Assembly (NCBI GenBank): GCA_963530195.1
Contig: CAUSCW010000004.1
Coordinates: 5,937-69,936 of the forward strand
Direction of reading: 5' to 3'
Length of the DNA: 64,000 nt
DNA from: an uncultured Campylobacter sp.
Lineage (GTDB): Bacteria; Campylobacterota; Campylobacteria; Campylobacterales; Campylobacteraceae
Each line of letters opens with the position of its first letter. The first letter of the stretch is position 1. The translations under genes were made by a program, and so were the position numbers. The notes beneath the pieces are model-generated. The model worked only from the letters and a program-made list of their open reading frames with translations, made no database searches and was not told where the DNA came from. Below, piece by piece: positions 8,832 through 18,662 of this stretch.

Positions 8832-9089
8832 AATAATGACCTTGTTTTTGGATTACGCAAGCTCGCGTCTTTGGCAATTTTAGCGCAAAATTTCTAAATT
8901 TACGAGATTCTAAGCGCGTTTTTTATAAATCGCGCTTAGAATTTTATCTCGCTAGCGTGATCTAGCCGCGCGAAAGGCGGATTAAATTTTTAGCTTTGAT
9001 ATTCTGAAATATGCAGTTTATGACATTACGCGAGGTGCCTAGGCGCTCTTGCGATGCCATAACGTGCCTTAAAATTTCGCATCCTAAAT

Positions 9090-9132
9090 CTTAATGATAA
9101 TTATCTAAATATTTAAAATCGCACAATATAAT
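9090..9132 (+). promoter_or_regulatory. Putative Fur box and -10 element of the PepSY gene
   Basis: TAATGATAATTATC at 9092-9105 resembles the Fur consensus; TATAAT at 9127-9132. Confidence 0.6.
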
Positions 9133-9181
9133 TGCGAACCTCAATCAAATAAAGATTAAATTTATCTCGCAAGGATCTACA

Positions 9182-10342
9182 ATGAGCTCGCTTTTGAAGC
9201 GCAATAAAATTTTGTTTAACGTCCATCTTATTTTGTCGATCGTTTTTTCTATCCCGCTGCTTATCATTGGCGTTACGGGCGCGATTTTGTCGTATCAGCA
9301 CGAGCTTGAGGCGCTAATAAACGCGGGCTCTAAAAAGGTCGAAAAAACAGGCGAAATGCAAAGCGTGGAGAAAATCCTGCAAAGCTTTAGCGAGCAAACG
9401 GGCGCTAAGCAGCCCGTAAGGCTTGTCGTGCCCAAAAGCGATGACGAAGCCTTCGTCATTTACGCAAACAGAAATGATGCGTATCTAGTCGATCCGTACA
9501 CCGCGCAGATCATCGGCAAGGATCGCGGCACGGGCTTTGTGCTAACGGTGATGTCTCTGCACCGAAATTTGGGTTTAGCGCTAAGCGGCAACAAAACCGC
9601 GGCCGAGATCGGCAAACAGATCGTAGGCGCGAGCGTCGTGGCGATGATACTGCTTGTAATAAGCGGCGTCTGGCTGTATTTCCCAAGGCTTAGGCGTAAA
9701 TTTATCGAGGCGATAAAGCCGAATTTTAAACTCAAAAAATACGCTCTTTTTTATAACCTACACACAAGCCTAGGCTCGCTAAGTGCGGTGATTTACCTGC
9801 TTATCTGCTTAACCGGGCTTAACTGGTCGTACGGCTGGTATAACGATGCCGTGATGAAGCTTTTCGTAAGTTCGCAAAATTTGCCGCAAGCTAGCGCACC
9901 TAAAGCCGCCACTTCTAAAGATCACGCCGCCGCACCTGCTAAAGAGGAGGGCAAAAAGCCCGCTACGTATAAATTTAGCGACGCGCAGAGGGCTTATGAG
10001 ATATTCAGATCAAGTGGCATAGAGTATAAAGAATTTACCCTAATGCTCGCAGCCGGAGATAAGATCGGCGTCAGGTATTATGAGCCCGACGCGCCCGCTA
10101 CCGCCCGTCCAAAAGGCGCGAGCGTGAAGCTAAAGGAGGGCAAAGTCGCACAGCAGAAGCAGACGGACGGTATCACCGTGGGCGAGTTTAAAGACGCGAA
10201 CTATCAGCTTCACACGGGCTATTTTTTTGGGCTCGCGGGTAAAATTTTATGGTCGCTCATCTCGCTTTGCATGGCGCTTTTTATCTTTAGTGGCTTTTAT
10301 ATGACGGCAAAAAGGGCGTTTAAGTCAGAAAAGCTCAGCTAA
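9182..10342 (+). CDS. PepSY-associated TM helix domain protein (iron-regulated membrane protein family)
   Basis: HLILSI...GVTGAIL, VDPYTAQIIG, SLH, LHTSLG...LTGLNWSY, LHTGYFFG...SGFYM. Confidence 0.9.
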   Translation: MSSLLKRNKILFNVHLILSIVFSIPLLIIGVTGAILSYQHELEALINAGSKKVEKTGEMQSVEKILQSFSEQTGAKQPVRLVVPKSDDEAFVIYANRNDAYLVDPYTAQIIGKDRGTGFVLTVMSLHRNLGLALSGNKTAAEIGKQIVGASVVAMILLVISGVWLYFPRLRRKFIEAIKPNFKLKKYALFYNLHTSLGSLSAVIYLLICLTGLNWSYGWYNDAVMKLFVSSQNLPQASAPKAATSKDHAAAPAKEEGKKPATYKFSDAQRAYEIFRSSGIEYKEFTLMLAAGDKIGVRYYEPDAPATARPKGASVKLKEGKVAQQKQTDGITVGEFKDANYQLHTGYFFGLAGKILWSLISLCMALFIFSGFYMTAKRAFKSEKLS

Positions 10343-10554
10343 ATTTTACCCTCATGGCAAAGAGGTGCGACGAGCGGCGCAAGAGAGCCGAATACCTACA
10401 AAGCATTGAGATGAAATTTGCCGAAGCGGATCAGGAAAAGCTCTGATTTAACAATATTTGAGACATACTAAAATTATCGCGGATTAAGTCTATGTGAGAT
10501 ATATCGCTTTCGTGCATTTTGCTCTAGCTCGCTTTTAAATTTTGCGATTTCGGC

Positions 10555-11568
10555 TTAATGGGTTCTGATAGACATGATTTTATTTAGCTTCGTTTCATTC
10601 GCCTGAGCAAAACAAGCTTTGTCAATTTTGCCTTTTTGAAAATCTTGATCTAATTTGACTTTTAAGCGTTTGAAAATTTCCTCTTTTGAGCCGATACTGA
10701 TTAGTTTGTAGATCTCTTTTTCATCGGTTAAAATTTTATTCCTATCGCTATTTCTATCAATGGCGATAATATTAATTTTATCCCCGAAATGCTCTTTTAG
10801 CTTTTTTAAACCGCTCGGCAAGTTGCCTTGGATGCTAGACATAACTTCAATGCTCCCGCCGCGCCCATATTCGTTAAAGCGCTTAAAAGTATTGGCTAAA
10901 GCCTTTTCGGGCTCTATATGCACTGCAGCAATTGTAACGTCTAATCTATTTTGCAAGCATTGCTCTATTTTTGGGATAGTCGGCGCCGGGTTTGCCAACT
11001 GCCCTTCAAAAATAAGTTTAACTTTGTCATCAGTCATAAAATTTTTAACCGAGGTTGTTTTTCCGGCTCCCGGAATTCCGGTGATGAAAATTGCTTTGGT
11101 TTTATTAGGCTCATCGCGCTTCAAAACCTCTTCAAACTGCGTCGCCGCTAGAACTGCGGAAGAATTATGTATAGCATCGTTTACTAACGCCCTATTTTCT
11201 TTTATTTCAAAGCAAGGGAAAAGTTCTTTGAATGTATCGGAACAAATATAACGACCACCTGTGGTATTAGGGTGCTCATTATATTCTTTTAAAAAATCCT
11301 CCAAAGAATTTTCAGCAAGGACAATCGCTTCGTCTTGAATTTTTATCAATTCGGCATTAAAGCTGAAATCAATCTTTTTTATTGCGCTTACTAACTTTGA
11401 TTGGCTATTTCTTATACCTGCTTGTCGTATTCTTTCAATACTCTTTTTTGGAGCACCGCGATAAAGTTGCTTTTCTATTTTCTTGCGATATTCAGCGTCG
11501 TTTTCCATTCGCGTTAAATGATCGCTCACGCCCTGCCACATTTTCATCTCTTCTTCTGTTAAAGCCAT
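10555..11568 (-). CDS. Zeta toxin (UDP-sugar kinase, ng_zeta1-like) with N-terminally fused epsilon-like antitoxin
   Basis: Walker A GIPGAGKT (11079-11056), GGRYICSDTFKELFP, IFEGQLA, KRFNEYGRG. First ~56 aa helical and resemble ng_epsilon1 (recalled). RBS AAAGGA. Confidence 0.85.
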   Translation of the reverse strand: MALTEEEMKMWQGVSDHLTRMENDAEYRKKIEKQLYRGAPKKSIERIRQAGIRNSQSKLVSAIKKIDFSFNAELIKIQDEAIVLAENSLEDFLKEYNEHPNTTGGRYICSDTFKELFPCFEIKENRALVNDAIHNSSAVLAATQFEEVLKRDEPNKTKAIFITGIPGAGKTTSVKNFMTDDKVKLIFEGQLANPAPTIPKIEQCLQNRLDVTIAAVHIEPEKALANTFKRFNEYGRGGSIEVMSSIQGNLPSGLKKLKEHFGDKINIIAIDRNSDRNKILTDEKEIYKLISIGSKEEIFKRLKVKLDQDFQKGKIDKACFAQANETKLNKIMSIRTH

Positions 11569-11594
11569 TTCAAGTCCTTTCTAAGAAATTTGTA

Positions 11595-11621
11595 GTATTT
11601 TAATACATTCTAATTATAGCA
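11595..11621 (-). promoter_or_regulatory. Extended -10 promoter of the toxin gene with a downstream palindrome
   Basis: TGCTATAAT at 11621-11613; GTATT-TT-AATAC at 11595-11606. Confidence 0.55.
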
Positions 11622-11873
11622 TTTATCTTTCTTATAATTATGCAACAAATGTATCTTGGGCCGCAGAAATACGCTTTTGAGTTATATGGGATATTACTAC
11701 GATGAAAAAGAGAAAACAATAAAACAAATATCAAATAAAGAGCGATAAATGGCGAATATAACTAAATTTTACCTTCGCGACAAGGGCGGTAAATTTATAA
11801 AATTTTACCTCGCTAGCGAAGATGATAAATTAAAATTTACCCGCCGAGCCTGCTTAAAATTTCTTATTTAGCG

Positions 11874-12374
11874 TTATTTGCCTCTTGCTCCGCGAGTGAT
11901 CATCAAGGACTGTTCGTAGAAAATTAGCAGCGTTATTGAAACGCCCGTGCCGAGCGCCAGCGAGATCGAGATCGTGGCGAGGGCGTTGTCGAAAAACGAG
12001 ATGAGGTGGGCGAGCTTCTGCTGCGCGTCCACGGCTTTGATATAAGAAAACAGCGCCAAAACTGTCTTGTAAGCGTAGATGCCCGGGATCATCGGAAGCA
12101 GCGCGGGAAAGGCGATGATCTCTGCGGGCACCTTGAGACGCTTGGCGCAGGGCATCCCTAAAATGCCGATCAGAAACGACGCAAAAAGCGTCGCGGCGGC
12201 GATCGAAAAAATTTGGCTTTGAATCAGTAAAAACCTGCACGAATGCGCAACCGCCGCAAGCAGCGCCGAGAAAATGAGCGTCTTTTTGGGCGGCATGCAC
12301 GCATATGCAAACCCGAGCCCCGCCGCAGCGGCAAAGCAAGCATCCTTAAATACCAAAAGCGCTATATCAAACAT
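11874..12374 (-). CDS. Threonine/serine exporter family small subunit (YjjB/ThrE_2-like)
   Basis: AAAAGLGFA, PAEIIAFPALLPMIPGIYAY; overlaps the ThrE-family gene. Confidence 0.85.
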   Translation of the reverse strand: MFDIALLVFKDACFAAAAGLGFAYACMPPKKTLIFSALLAAVAHSCRFLLIQSQIFSIAAATLFASFLIGILGMPCAKRLKVPAEIIAFPALLPMIPGIYAYKTVLALFSYIKAVDAQQKLAHLISFFDNALATISISLALGTGVSITLLIFYEQSLMITRGARGK

Positions 12375-13620
12375 TTACAAGCCCTAAATTTGAGATACTA
12401 AGCGTCAGAAATAGCCCGATCGCGATGCAGATGATCAAAAGCCCCGTGTTCAGCCCTCTGCTGATGCCTACGAGCATATTTTCGTTTAGGATGTCAAAGA
12501 CGGAGTTGATCAGCCAGACGCCGGGGATCAAAAAGAGTATGCTAGATCCCACGGCGACGTCGGGCGTGGCGCTAAGCCCGTAGCGAGCGCCTAGCGAGAC
12601 GATGAAGGATACTGCGAACGAAACTGCGATGTATTGGATTTTTAGGTTGATTTTAAGCTTGCTAAGCAGATAGCGGGCGCAAATTCCAAAAGCCGTAGCC
12701 GCAAACACTAACGCCATCGCGCCGCCATCGCCGTCGAAAAGCTCGCAGAATGCGGCATTTGCGACGCTGAGTAGAACGAGGGTTTTGGCAAAGCTTTTCT
12801 TATGTGAGGCTAAAATTTCTGCAAATGCAGCCTTAGCGCGCGCAAGGGGGATTTTCTCGTCGTAAATTTCCCAGCTAAGCGCGCTTAGCTCCGAGATCAG
12901 ATCGAAGCTGATTTGCGCCGCGGCGCCCGTTTTGACATAGGTGCGGCGGATGGAGTTGTCCGCAGGATCCATCACACTGATGATGAAGTGGCGCACGAAG
13001 ATCATCAGGCTCGCCTCGTAGCCGTAAGCGCCCGCGATCCTGCATACGCAGCGCTCGATACGCGCGGTGTAGGTGCCGATGCTAAGCATCTTGGCGGCGT
13101 ATTCGCTAAGAAAATTGGTAAGCTCTTGGATTTGCGGTCTCGCCGCTTCTGCTTCTTTTGCTGCCGCCATTTCCGCTGTCGCTATTTTCTCCGCCGTCTC
13201 CACCGTCGCAACGGTATTTTGCATTGCTTTCGTCGTTTTTATTCCTACGGCGTTCGTCACAGCCTCTGTTTTTATAGCGCCCGCCGCCGTTTTTGATGCC
13301 GCTTCAGCGCCCGCTGCCGCGGAATTTTTATTTTTAAAATTTAATGCAGCGGCAGCGCCCGTGGAGGAATTTTCACTATCTAAATTTGATGCGGCGACAA
13401 TACCTGCGGCGGTAAAGCTTTGGTCGCTTAAATTTTGATCGTTCAAATTTAACGCCGAGGTTAAATTCTTGCCGCTAGAATTTCTTGTCGCAGCAGCGGA
13501 GCCTTCATCGCTCAAATTTGAAGCGGTGGAATTTTGCTCTTTTAAAGAATTCTGCTCACTTAAATTTAAACTTTCGGCGTCCTCGCAAGATCCGCTAAAT
13601 TTAGAATTTTCCCTGCTCAC
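12367..13620 (-). CDS. ThrE/YjjP family exporter with ~160-aa low-complexity N-terminal extension
   Basis: MLSIGTYTARIERCV, ANAAFCELFDGD, LFLIPGVWLINSVFD; N-terminus rich in NL/NS and Ala. Confidence 0.85.
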   Translation of the reverse strand: MSRENSKFSGSCEDAESLNLSEQNSLKEQNSTASNLSDEGSAAATRNSSGKNLTSALNLNDQNLSDQSFTAAGIVAASNLDSENSSTGAAAALNFKNKNSAAAGAEAASKTAAGAIKTEAVTNAVGIKTTKAMQNTVATVETAEKIATAEMAAAKEAEAARPQIQELTNFLSEYAAKMLSIGTYTARIERCVCRIAGAYGYEASLMIFVRHFIISVMDPADNSIRRTYVKTGAAAQISFDLISELSALSWEIYDEKIPLARAKAAFAEILASHKKSFAKTLVLLSVANAAFCELFDGDGGAMALVFAATAFGICARYLLSKLKINLKIQYIAVSFAVSFIVSLGARYGLSATPDVAVGSSILFLIPGVWLINSVFDILNENMLVGISRGLNTGLLIICIAIGLFLTLSISNLGLVNV

Positions 13621-13623
13621 GGC

Positions 13624-15006
13624 TTACCTCAAGCTGATTAGATCGAGCGGGTTGATGTGGTAGTTTTGCTGCGTCACTTCAAAGGTCAGATCCGAGCCGA
13701 TGCGCCCGATAATGTAGCCCTTTTTGACGTTGGAGCCGACGCGCACGGTAGGCGGGATCTGATTTAGATGCGCGTAGATCGTGTGGATGCCGCCGCTGTG
13801 CTCTAGGATCACGACCTTATCGAGCACGGCGGTTTCTTTGGCAAAGACCACCTTGCCCGGCAGCACCGCCTTAACCTGCGTGTCGCCGCTGTTTGAGCCC
13901 AGCACGATATTTTCGTTGAAAAGCTTGATGTTATACACGGGATCGTTGTAGTTGCCGAATTTTCGCTTCAAATACGCGCCGTTTAAAGGCGCTGCGGTCT
14001 TGGCTCCGCTGTATTTTTTAACGCGCGAGGACTGATAGCTCGAGCCGTACTGCTTGACCTTTTGGTTGATCTTGCTTACGCGCTCATCCGCTGGCTCGCT
14101 CACTTCGGGCTCGGGCTCGCTAGGAGGCGCAGGCTCGGGCTTGCCCGCCTTTTTGGCAGCCGCTTTTGCTTTGGCATACTCTTTTTCGCGTGCCTGACGC
14201 TCCTTTTGCTTCTGCGCTTCAAGCTTTGCTTGGCGCGCCGTTTCCTCCTTCTGCGCTTTGGCTTTTTCCTCGGCGTCATCGATGATCTTAAGCTCCTGCA
14301 GGGTCTTAGATATGGCGTCTTGCTCGTCGTTTATCTTCTCCAGCTTCGCGATGTAGTCCTCTTTGTCCTTTTTCATCTGCGCGAGCTTTTCTTTTTGGGT
14401 GGTTTGCTTGGCGTCGAGATCGGTTTTTTTCTTGCCATAGCCCGCCATGCTCGCCTGGATCGATTTGATCTTTTTGTTCTGCTCGTTGATAAAATTTTGA
14501 TTATTTTCGTAGTCTTTGATCAGCCCCTTAAGCTCGTCGTTCATAACGATGCCGAGCCCCTCTAAAATTTCGCTAGCCATGATAGAATCGGGCGTGGTGG
14601 TGGAATTTACGTCGGTGATGAGATCAAACGATAGCTCTTGCGAGATCACGCTTGCAATCTTGCTTTCTAGGTCGTTTTGCACGCTAAGAAGCGTGACGTT
14701 TTGGCTATTAAACTTTTCAAGCTCCTGCGCTTCGGCGGCGTATTGATCTTTTAAGCCCTCGATCGCGTCGCTTAGCTGTTTGATCTCGCCCTCGCGCTTT
14801 TTAAAGCCCTCCTGCTCCTTTACGATTTGTCCTGCAATTTCGTCGATCTTTTGCGAGAGCTGCATTCCCTCTTTTTGCGAGCTTTTGAGTTCTTGACCAG
14901 CTTTGGCGATCTTGTCTTTCGTGCTCTGCTGCTTTGCGGGCGCGGCATAAGTAAGAGCCGCGGCAAGCCCTAGCGCAAGAAGCGGCGCTAAAAAAGCTCT
15001 TTTCAT
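13624..15006 (-). CDS. envC: Murein hydrolase activator EnvC family (coiled coil + degenerate M23 domain)
   Basis: Signal peptide, long coiled coil, C-terminal HTIYAHL; downstream of ftsEX. Confidence 0.8.
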   Translation of the reverse strand: MKRAFLAPLLALGLAAALTYAAPAKQQSTKDKIAKAGQELKSSQKEGMQLSQKIDEIAGQIVKEQEGFKKREGEIKQLSDAIEGLKDQYAAEAQELEKFNSQNVTLLSVQNDLESKIASVISQELSFDLITDVNSTTTPDSIMASEILEGLGIVMNDELKGLIKDYENNQNFINEQNKKIKSIQASMAGYGKKKTDLDAKQTTQKEKLAQMKKDKEDYIAKLEKINDEQDAISKTLQELKIIDDAEEKAKAQKEETARQAKLEAQKQKERQAREKEYAKAKAAAKKAGKPEPAPPSEPEPEVSEPADERVSKINQKVKQYGSSYQSSRVKKYSGAKTAAPLNGAYLKRKFGNYNDPVYNIKLFNENIVLGSNSGDTQVKAVLPGKVVFAKETAVLDKVVILEHSGGIHTIYAHLNQIPPTVRVGSNVKKGYIIGRIGSDLTFEVTQQNYHINPLDLISLR

Positions 15007-15818
15007 GCTCGTTTATTTCCAATTTGCAGCATCACAAAACTTACTGCGATGATAGATAGCGCTAAAGCCACGCCTAAAAGAATCAGCACGTCGTAAGGCA
15101 GCACTATGGCGGTGCGCAGATCGCCGATGCCCTTAAGCGTGGTCGAAAACACCTCCCAGCCTGGAAGCGCAATGTAGAAGCAGGTCACGATCAGCGTGGC
15201 GATGAAGGAGTCTATTATCGCCATTCGGTAGAGCTTGCCGCTTTTTATCAGAAACGACGCGCCGAAAAGCTCCATGATCTCGATGCGCTCTTTGTGTTCG
15301 TAAACCCAGATACGCATCTGGCGGTGAATTAACATCACGCCTAAAAGCACGATGAGAAACGCAAAGCCGTAAACGAGGCTTTTGATAAGCAGTAAAATTT
15401 TAAAAATTTCATCGTGAGTCTTTTTAAAAATTTCAACCCGTGTGAGCGAGCCTATGGATTTTAGATCCTGCTCGATCTTGGCAAGCTGCGCGGCGTCGGG
15501 GAAGCTTTCGAGCTTGACGCTATAAAATTTAGGCAAATTTTTACTCAGCTCGGCAAAGGCGTTTTGTGAAATTTTACCCTTCAGTCGCTCGGTGATGCCC
15601 GCTGTGGAAATTTCGCTAATCGAGCTGATCTTCGGTACCGCTTTTTGCGCGTCTTGCAGGCTGAGCGAGGTTTTGGAGACTAGCACGATGTTGTATTCGT
15701 TTTGGATCGAGCGCTCGTAGCTTTTGGTTAGGTTGCTCATAAAAATTCCAAACTGCACCGAAAAAAGTAGCGCGACGAGCGAAAAGATCACGCCGAAATG
15801 GGTTTTAATCGATTTCAT
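15003..15818 (-). CDS. ftsX: Cell division permease FtsX
   Basis: 4 TM, EHKERIEIMELFGA; downstream of ftsE. Confidence 0.9.
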   Translation of the reverse strand: MKSIKTHFGVIFSLVALLFSVQFGIFMSNLTKSYERSIQNEYNIVLVSKTSLSLQDAQKAVPKISSISEISTAGITERLKGKISQNAFAELSKNLPKFYSVKLESFPDAAQLAKIEQDLKSIGSLTRVEIFKKTHDEIFKILLLIKSLVYGFAFLIVLLGVMLIHRQMRIWVYEHKERIEIMELFGASFLIKSGKLYRMAIIDSFIATLIVTCFYIALPGWEVFSTTLKGIGDLRTAIVLPYDVLILLGVALALSIIAVSFVMLQIGNKRA

Positions 15819-16494
15819 TTACTTTAGCGTCCTTAATCTCAAAATGTCGGTGCCTAAAACGAAGCGTGGCGGGCATTTTGTGCGTCACGATGACGACGCA
15901 GGCGTTCCACGACTCGCACGCCGAGCGCAGCAAATTCCAAATAATGGCGCTGGAGTAGTCGTCCAAATTTCCCGTAGGTTCGTCGCACAGCAGCAGGCGC
16001 GGATTATGCGCCATCGCACGCGCCAAAGCCACGCGCTGCTGCTCGCCGCCGCTAAGCTCGAGCGGATACTTGCCCATCTTGTGTCCGAGCTCGACGTGGC
16101 GCAGTAGCTTTTTGGCTTGGTCTTGGCAGACCTGCTGATTGTAGCCCATTATCATTAACGGAAGCATTATGTTGCGCTCGATCGTCCATTCGTTGATCAG
16201 GCGGTAGTTTTGAAAGATAATGCCGATGCGCTGGCGCAGGGTGCGCAGATCGGAGTTTGTGATGCCCTTTAGATCGCACAGGCAGACGTTCAGCTCGCCG
16301 CCGATGATGTCGATGCCGCCGTAGAAGGACTTAAGCAGCGTGGATTTGCCGCTGCCGCTCTTGCCCGTGATGATGACGAAATCTTTCGCGCCGATGCCGA
16401 AACTCGCGTCTTGGATGACTGCGCCCGCCTTTTCGTAGCCTAGCGTGAGACCCGCTGCGGTGATGATGTTGTAATCGTCCGTTATCTCTGCCAT
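15805..16494 (-). CDS. ftsE: Cell division ATP-binding protein FtsE
   Basis: [33 protein letters not shown]; likely start ATG 16494 (MAEITDD). Confidence 0.92.
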   Translation of the reverse strand: MAEITDDYNIITAAGLTLGYEKAGAVIQDASFGIGAKDFVIITGKSGSGKSTLLKSFYGGIDIIGGELNVCLCDLKGITNSDLRTLRQRIGIIFQNYRLINEWTIERNIMLPLMIMGYNQQVCQDQAKKLLRHVELGHKMGKYPLELSGGEQQRVALARAMAHNPRLLLCDEPTGNLDDYSSAIIWNLLRSACESWNACVVIVTHKMPATLRFRHRHFEIKDAKVNEID

Positions 16495-18659
16495 TGTGAA
16501 AATATCTCCGAAATTTTTTGATGTGCCGCGTGGTTTTCGCGCGTAGGAAGCGGGCGGCGGATGAAGTAGCGCGTACCGCTTGCGTTTGCGCGGATAAAAC
16601 ACTGCTGCGGAAAGTCGAATGCCCCGAGCGAAAGCAGGATTAGCACGTCTTGCGGCTCGGCAGCGCACGGCTTGCTTTGCCGTTCGTCTTGCGGCTCGGC
16701 GCAGCTTGGTTCGCTTTGCCGTTTATCTTGCTGCTCGGCACAGTTTAATTTGCCTTGGTGTTCGGCTTGCAACTCGTCATGGCTTGGCTCGCTTTGGTGC
16801 TCAACTTGCGACTTGATAGAGTTTGACTTATTTTGTAATTCTGCTTGCGGTTCAGCAGCGCGGTTTAGCTCGTTTTTCAGTTCGGCTTGCGGCTCATTTT
16901 TGTAAGATGCGGCACTTGCGTTTGTTGTATTTTTAGTATTCGCTGCGCCGCCGTCTGTTAAATTTACGCCCTTTGCGCTCAAGCGATCCTCGTTTAAATT
17001 TGCGCCCGTTTCATCTGCATGGTTTGTATTTAGTGCGTCGCTCGCTTTTTTTAGAATTTGCGTAACGTTCGCTTCGTCTGTGCGGGTCGCATTTGGCGTG
17101 GCGCTCTCTTTTATTGCACTGGTTGCTGAGAATGAGCCGTCCAAATTCGGCGCATTGTTTGTATCTATTGTGCCGATCGCTGCGGGTGTAGTGCTCGCAC
17201 CTGTTGCGTCGATAGCTGCAAGCGCACCCTCCGTGCCGCTTGTTGCGATCTGCTCGCAGGCTAAAGCGCGCTTTTTGCCAGGGGCAGTGCGGCTAAATTT
17301 AGCGCTTACCGCGATGGGAACGTCGCTCGTTAAATTTACGCCGCTTGCGCTCAAGCGATCCTCGTTTAAATTTGCGCCGGTTTCATTCGTGCGGTTTGTA
17401 TTTGGCGCGGCGCTCGCTTTTTTTAGAATTTGCGCAGCGTTCGCGCAAGCTGAAATTTTATCGCCCGCTGTCGTAGCTGAAATTTTGCCGCAGTCTACCG
17501 AAATTTCATCCGTGCTTGCGCGCTCGGTTAAATTTTTGCCGCGCGTTGCGCCTAAATTTATAGCCTCGCCGTTTATAGCTTCGCCCGCGCCGCTTAAATT
17601 TACGCCGTCCGCCGCGCAAGCTCCGTCCGCATCCAAGCTTTTCTGCGCGTCAAAGTAAAAAATTTCCTCAAAATGCACGAAAAAATCCTCGCCTTTGAAG
17701 GTAGAATTTTTAAAATTTCGCGCGATTGCCGCCGCGTCAAATTTTAAAAATTCCATCTCAAACCGCTGCGGTTCGCCCTGGCCCGCGGTTTTGTTCTCGT
17801 AGATCAGATCATAGATGTCTTTATCCATCTTGCGCCATCTATCCTCGTATTTGCTCGCTATGGCGGCGTCTCGGTTTTTAAAATGCAAAATTTCGCCTGC
17901 TTTGCGCTGCACGTAGGGCGAGAGCTTTTGCATCGCGTAGAGGAAGTACTCCTCGCTGTCGGTGCGAAGCTCGAAGCGACCGCCGAGCTCGAGCGTGCGT
18001 GCGATCTGCGAGGCGAACTCGTCGCTTATGACGCGGCGGTGCGGTGCGTCGTCCCACGGCACGGGGAAGTGCAAAAACACGCGCTGCAGGCAGCCCGCGG
18101 GAAGCAGGCTCAGTAAAACCCGCGCGTCGGTGGCTATGAGAGCGATGTTTTGCAGCCCCTCGCGGATCGCTAGCTTTGCGACCTGCTCGATTGCGGGCTT
18201 GTAAATTTCGATGCCGATTATCAGCGCGTCTTGATTTGAGCGCGCTTGATGAAGCAGGTGTCTGCCCGAGCCGAAGCCGATCTCGATGAAAATTTTATTA
18301 AATTTAGAGCTTTTTATGAGGGATAAAATTTCATTCTCGTCCAAAATTAGCGGCGTTTTTTCGGTAAGCGAGCTGTCTTTGTAAGCAAACGCCTGCGAGA
18401 TGATCGGCCCGCAGAAGCGCTCTTTAAAAATTTCGAGCGCTCGCTGCAGATGACCGATCTTGGCGGGCTTGGTGATCTTTTCGCCCTTTACTATCACCTT
18501 GTCGCCGCTGGGCTTAACGATGATAAAAAACTCGCTATCAAAGCTTTTGGTTCGCACGAGCGTCAGGTTTCTGCCGCGCGCCGTTTCTAAAAATTCGGTC
18601 TCGCCGAGCTTAATCGGCAGCCGCGGCAGGCTCACGCTGCGGGTTATGAAATTTGGCAA
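16482..18659 (-). CDS. trmB: tRNA (guanine-N7)-methyltransferase with ~334-aa internal insert
   Basis: IEIGFGSGRHL, LHFPVPW, ELRTD, SKYEDRW; low-complexity insert at about 16650-17651. Confidence 0.92.
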   Translation of the reverse strand: MPNFITRSVSLPRLPIKLGETEFLETARGRNLTLVRTKSFDSEFFIIVKPSGDKVIVKGEKITKPAKIGHLQRALEIFKERFCGPIISQAFAYKDSSLTEKTPLILDENEILSLIKSSKFNKIFIEIGFGSGRHLLHQARSNQDALIIGIEIYKPAIEQVAKLAIREGLQNIALIATDARVLLSLLPAGCLQRVFLHFPVPWDDAPHRRVISDEFASQIARTLELGGRFELRTDSEEYFLYAMQKLSPYVQRKAGEILHFKNRDAAIASKYEDRWRKMDKDIYDLIYENKTAGQGEPQRFEMEFLKFDAAAIARNFKNSTFKGEDFFVHFEEIFYFDAQKSLDADGACAADGVNLSGAGEAINGEAINLGATRGKNLTERASTDEISVDCGKISATTAGDKISACANAAQILKKASAAPNTNRTNETGANLNEDRLSASGVNLTSDVPIAVSAKFSRTAPGKKRALACEQIATSGTEGALAAIDATGASTTPAAIGTIDTNNAPNLDGSFSATSAIKESATPNATRTDEANVTQILKKASDALNTNHADETGANLNEDRLSAKGVNLTDGGAANTKNTTNASAASYKNEPQAELKNELNRAAEPQAELQNKSNSIKSQVEHQSEPSHDELQAEHQGKLNCAEQQDKRQSEPSCAEPQDERQSKPCAAEPQDVLILLSLGAFDFPQQCFIRANASGTRYFIRRPLPTRENHAAHQKISEIFSQWQR
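16957..17444. repeat. 116-bp imperfect direct repeat inside the trmB insert
   Basis: 16957-17072 and 17329-17444 (offset 372), encoding QILKKAS..NTN...ETGANLNEDRLSA.GVNLT twice. Confidence 0.9.
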
Positions 18660-18662
18660 ACT

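Noticed and set aside
10354..10446. 30-codon ORF MAKRCDERRKRAEYLQSIEMKFAEADQEKL as a separate antitoxin
   Set aside because: Opposite strand, no RBS and no recognisable similarity; the antitoxin-like segment is already within the toxin ORF
16495..16668. 58-aa N-terminal extension of FtsE in the ORF track
   Set aside because: Overlaps the trmB 3' end; ATG 16494 with upstream GGAG is the more plausible start
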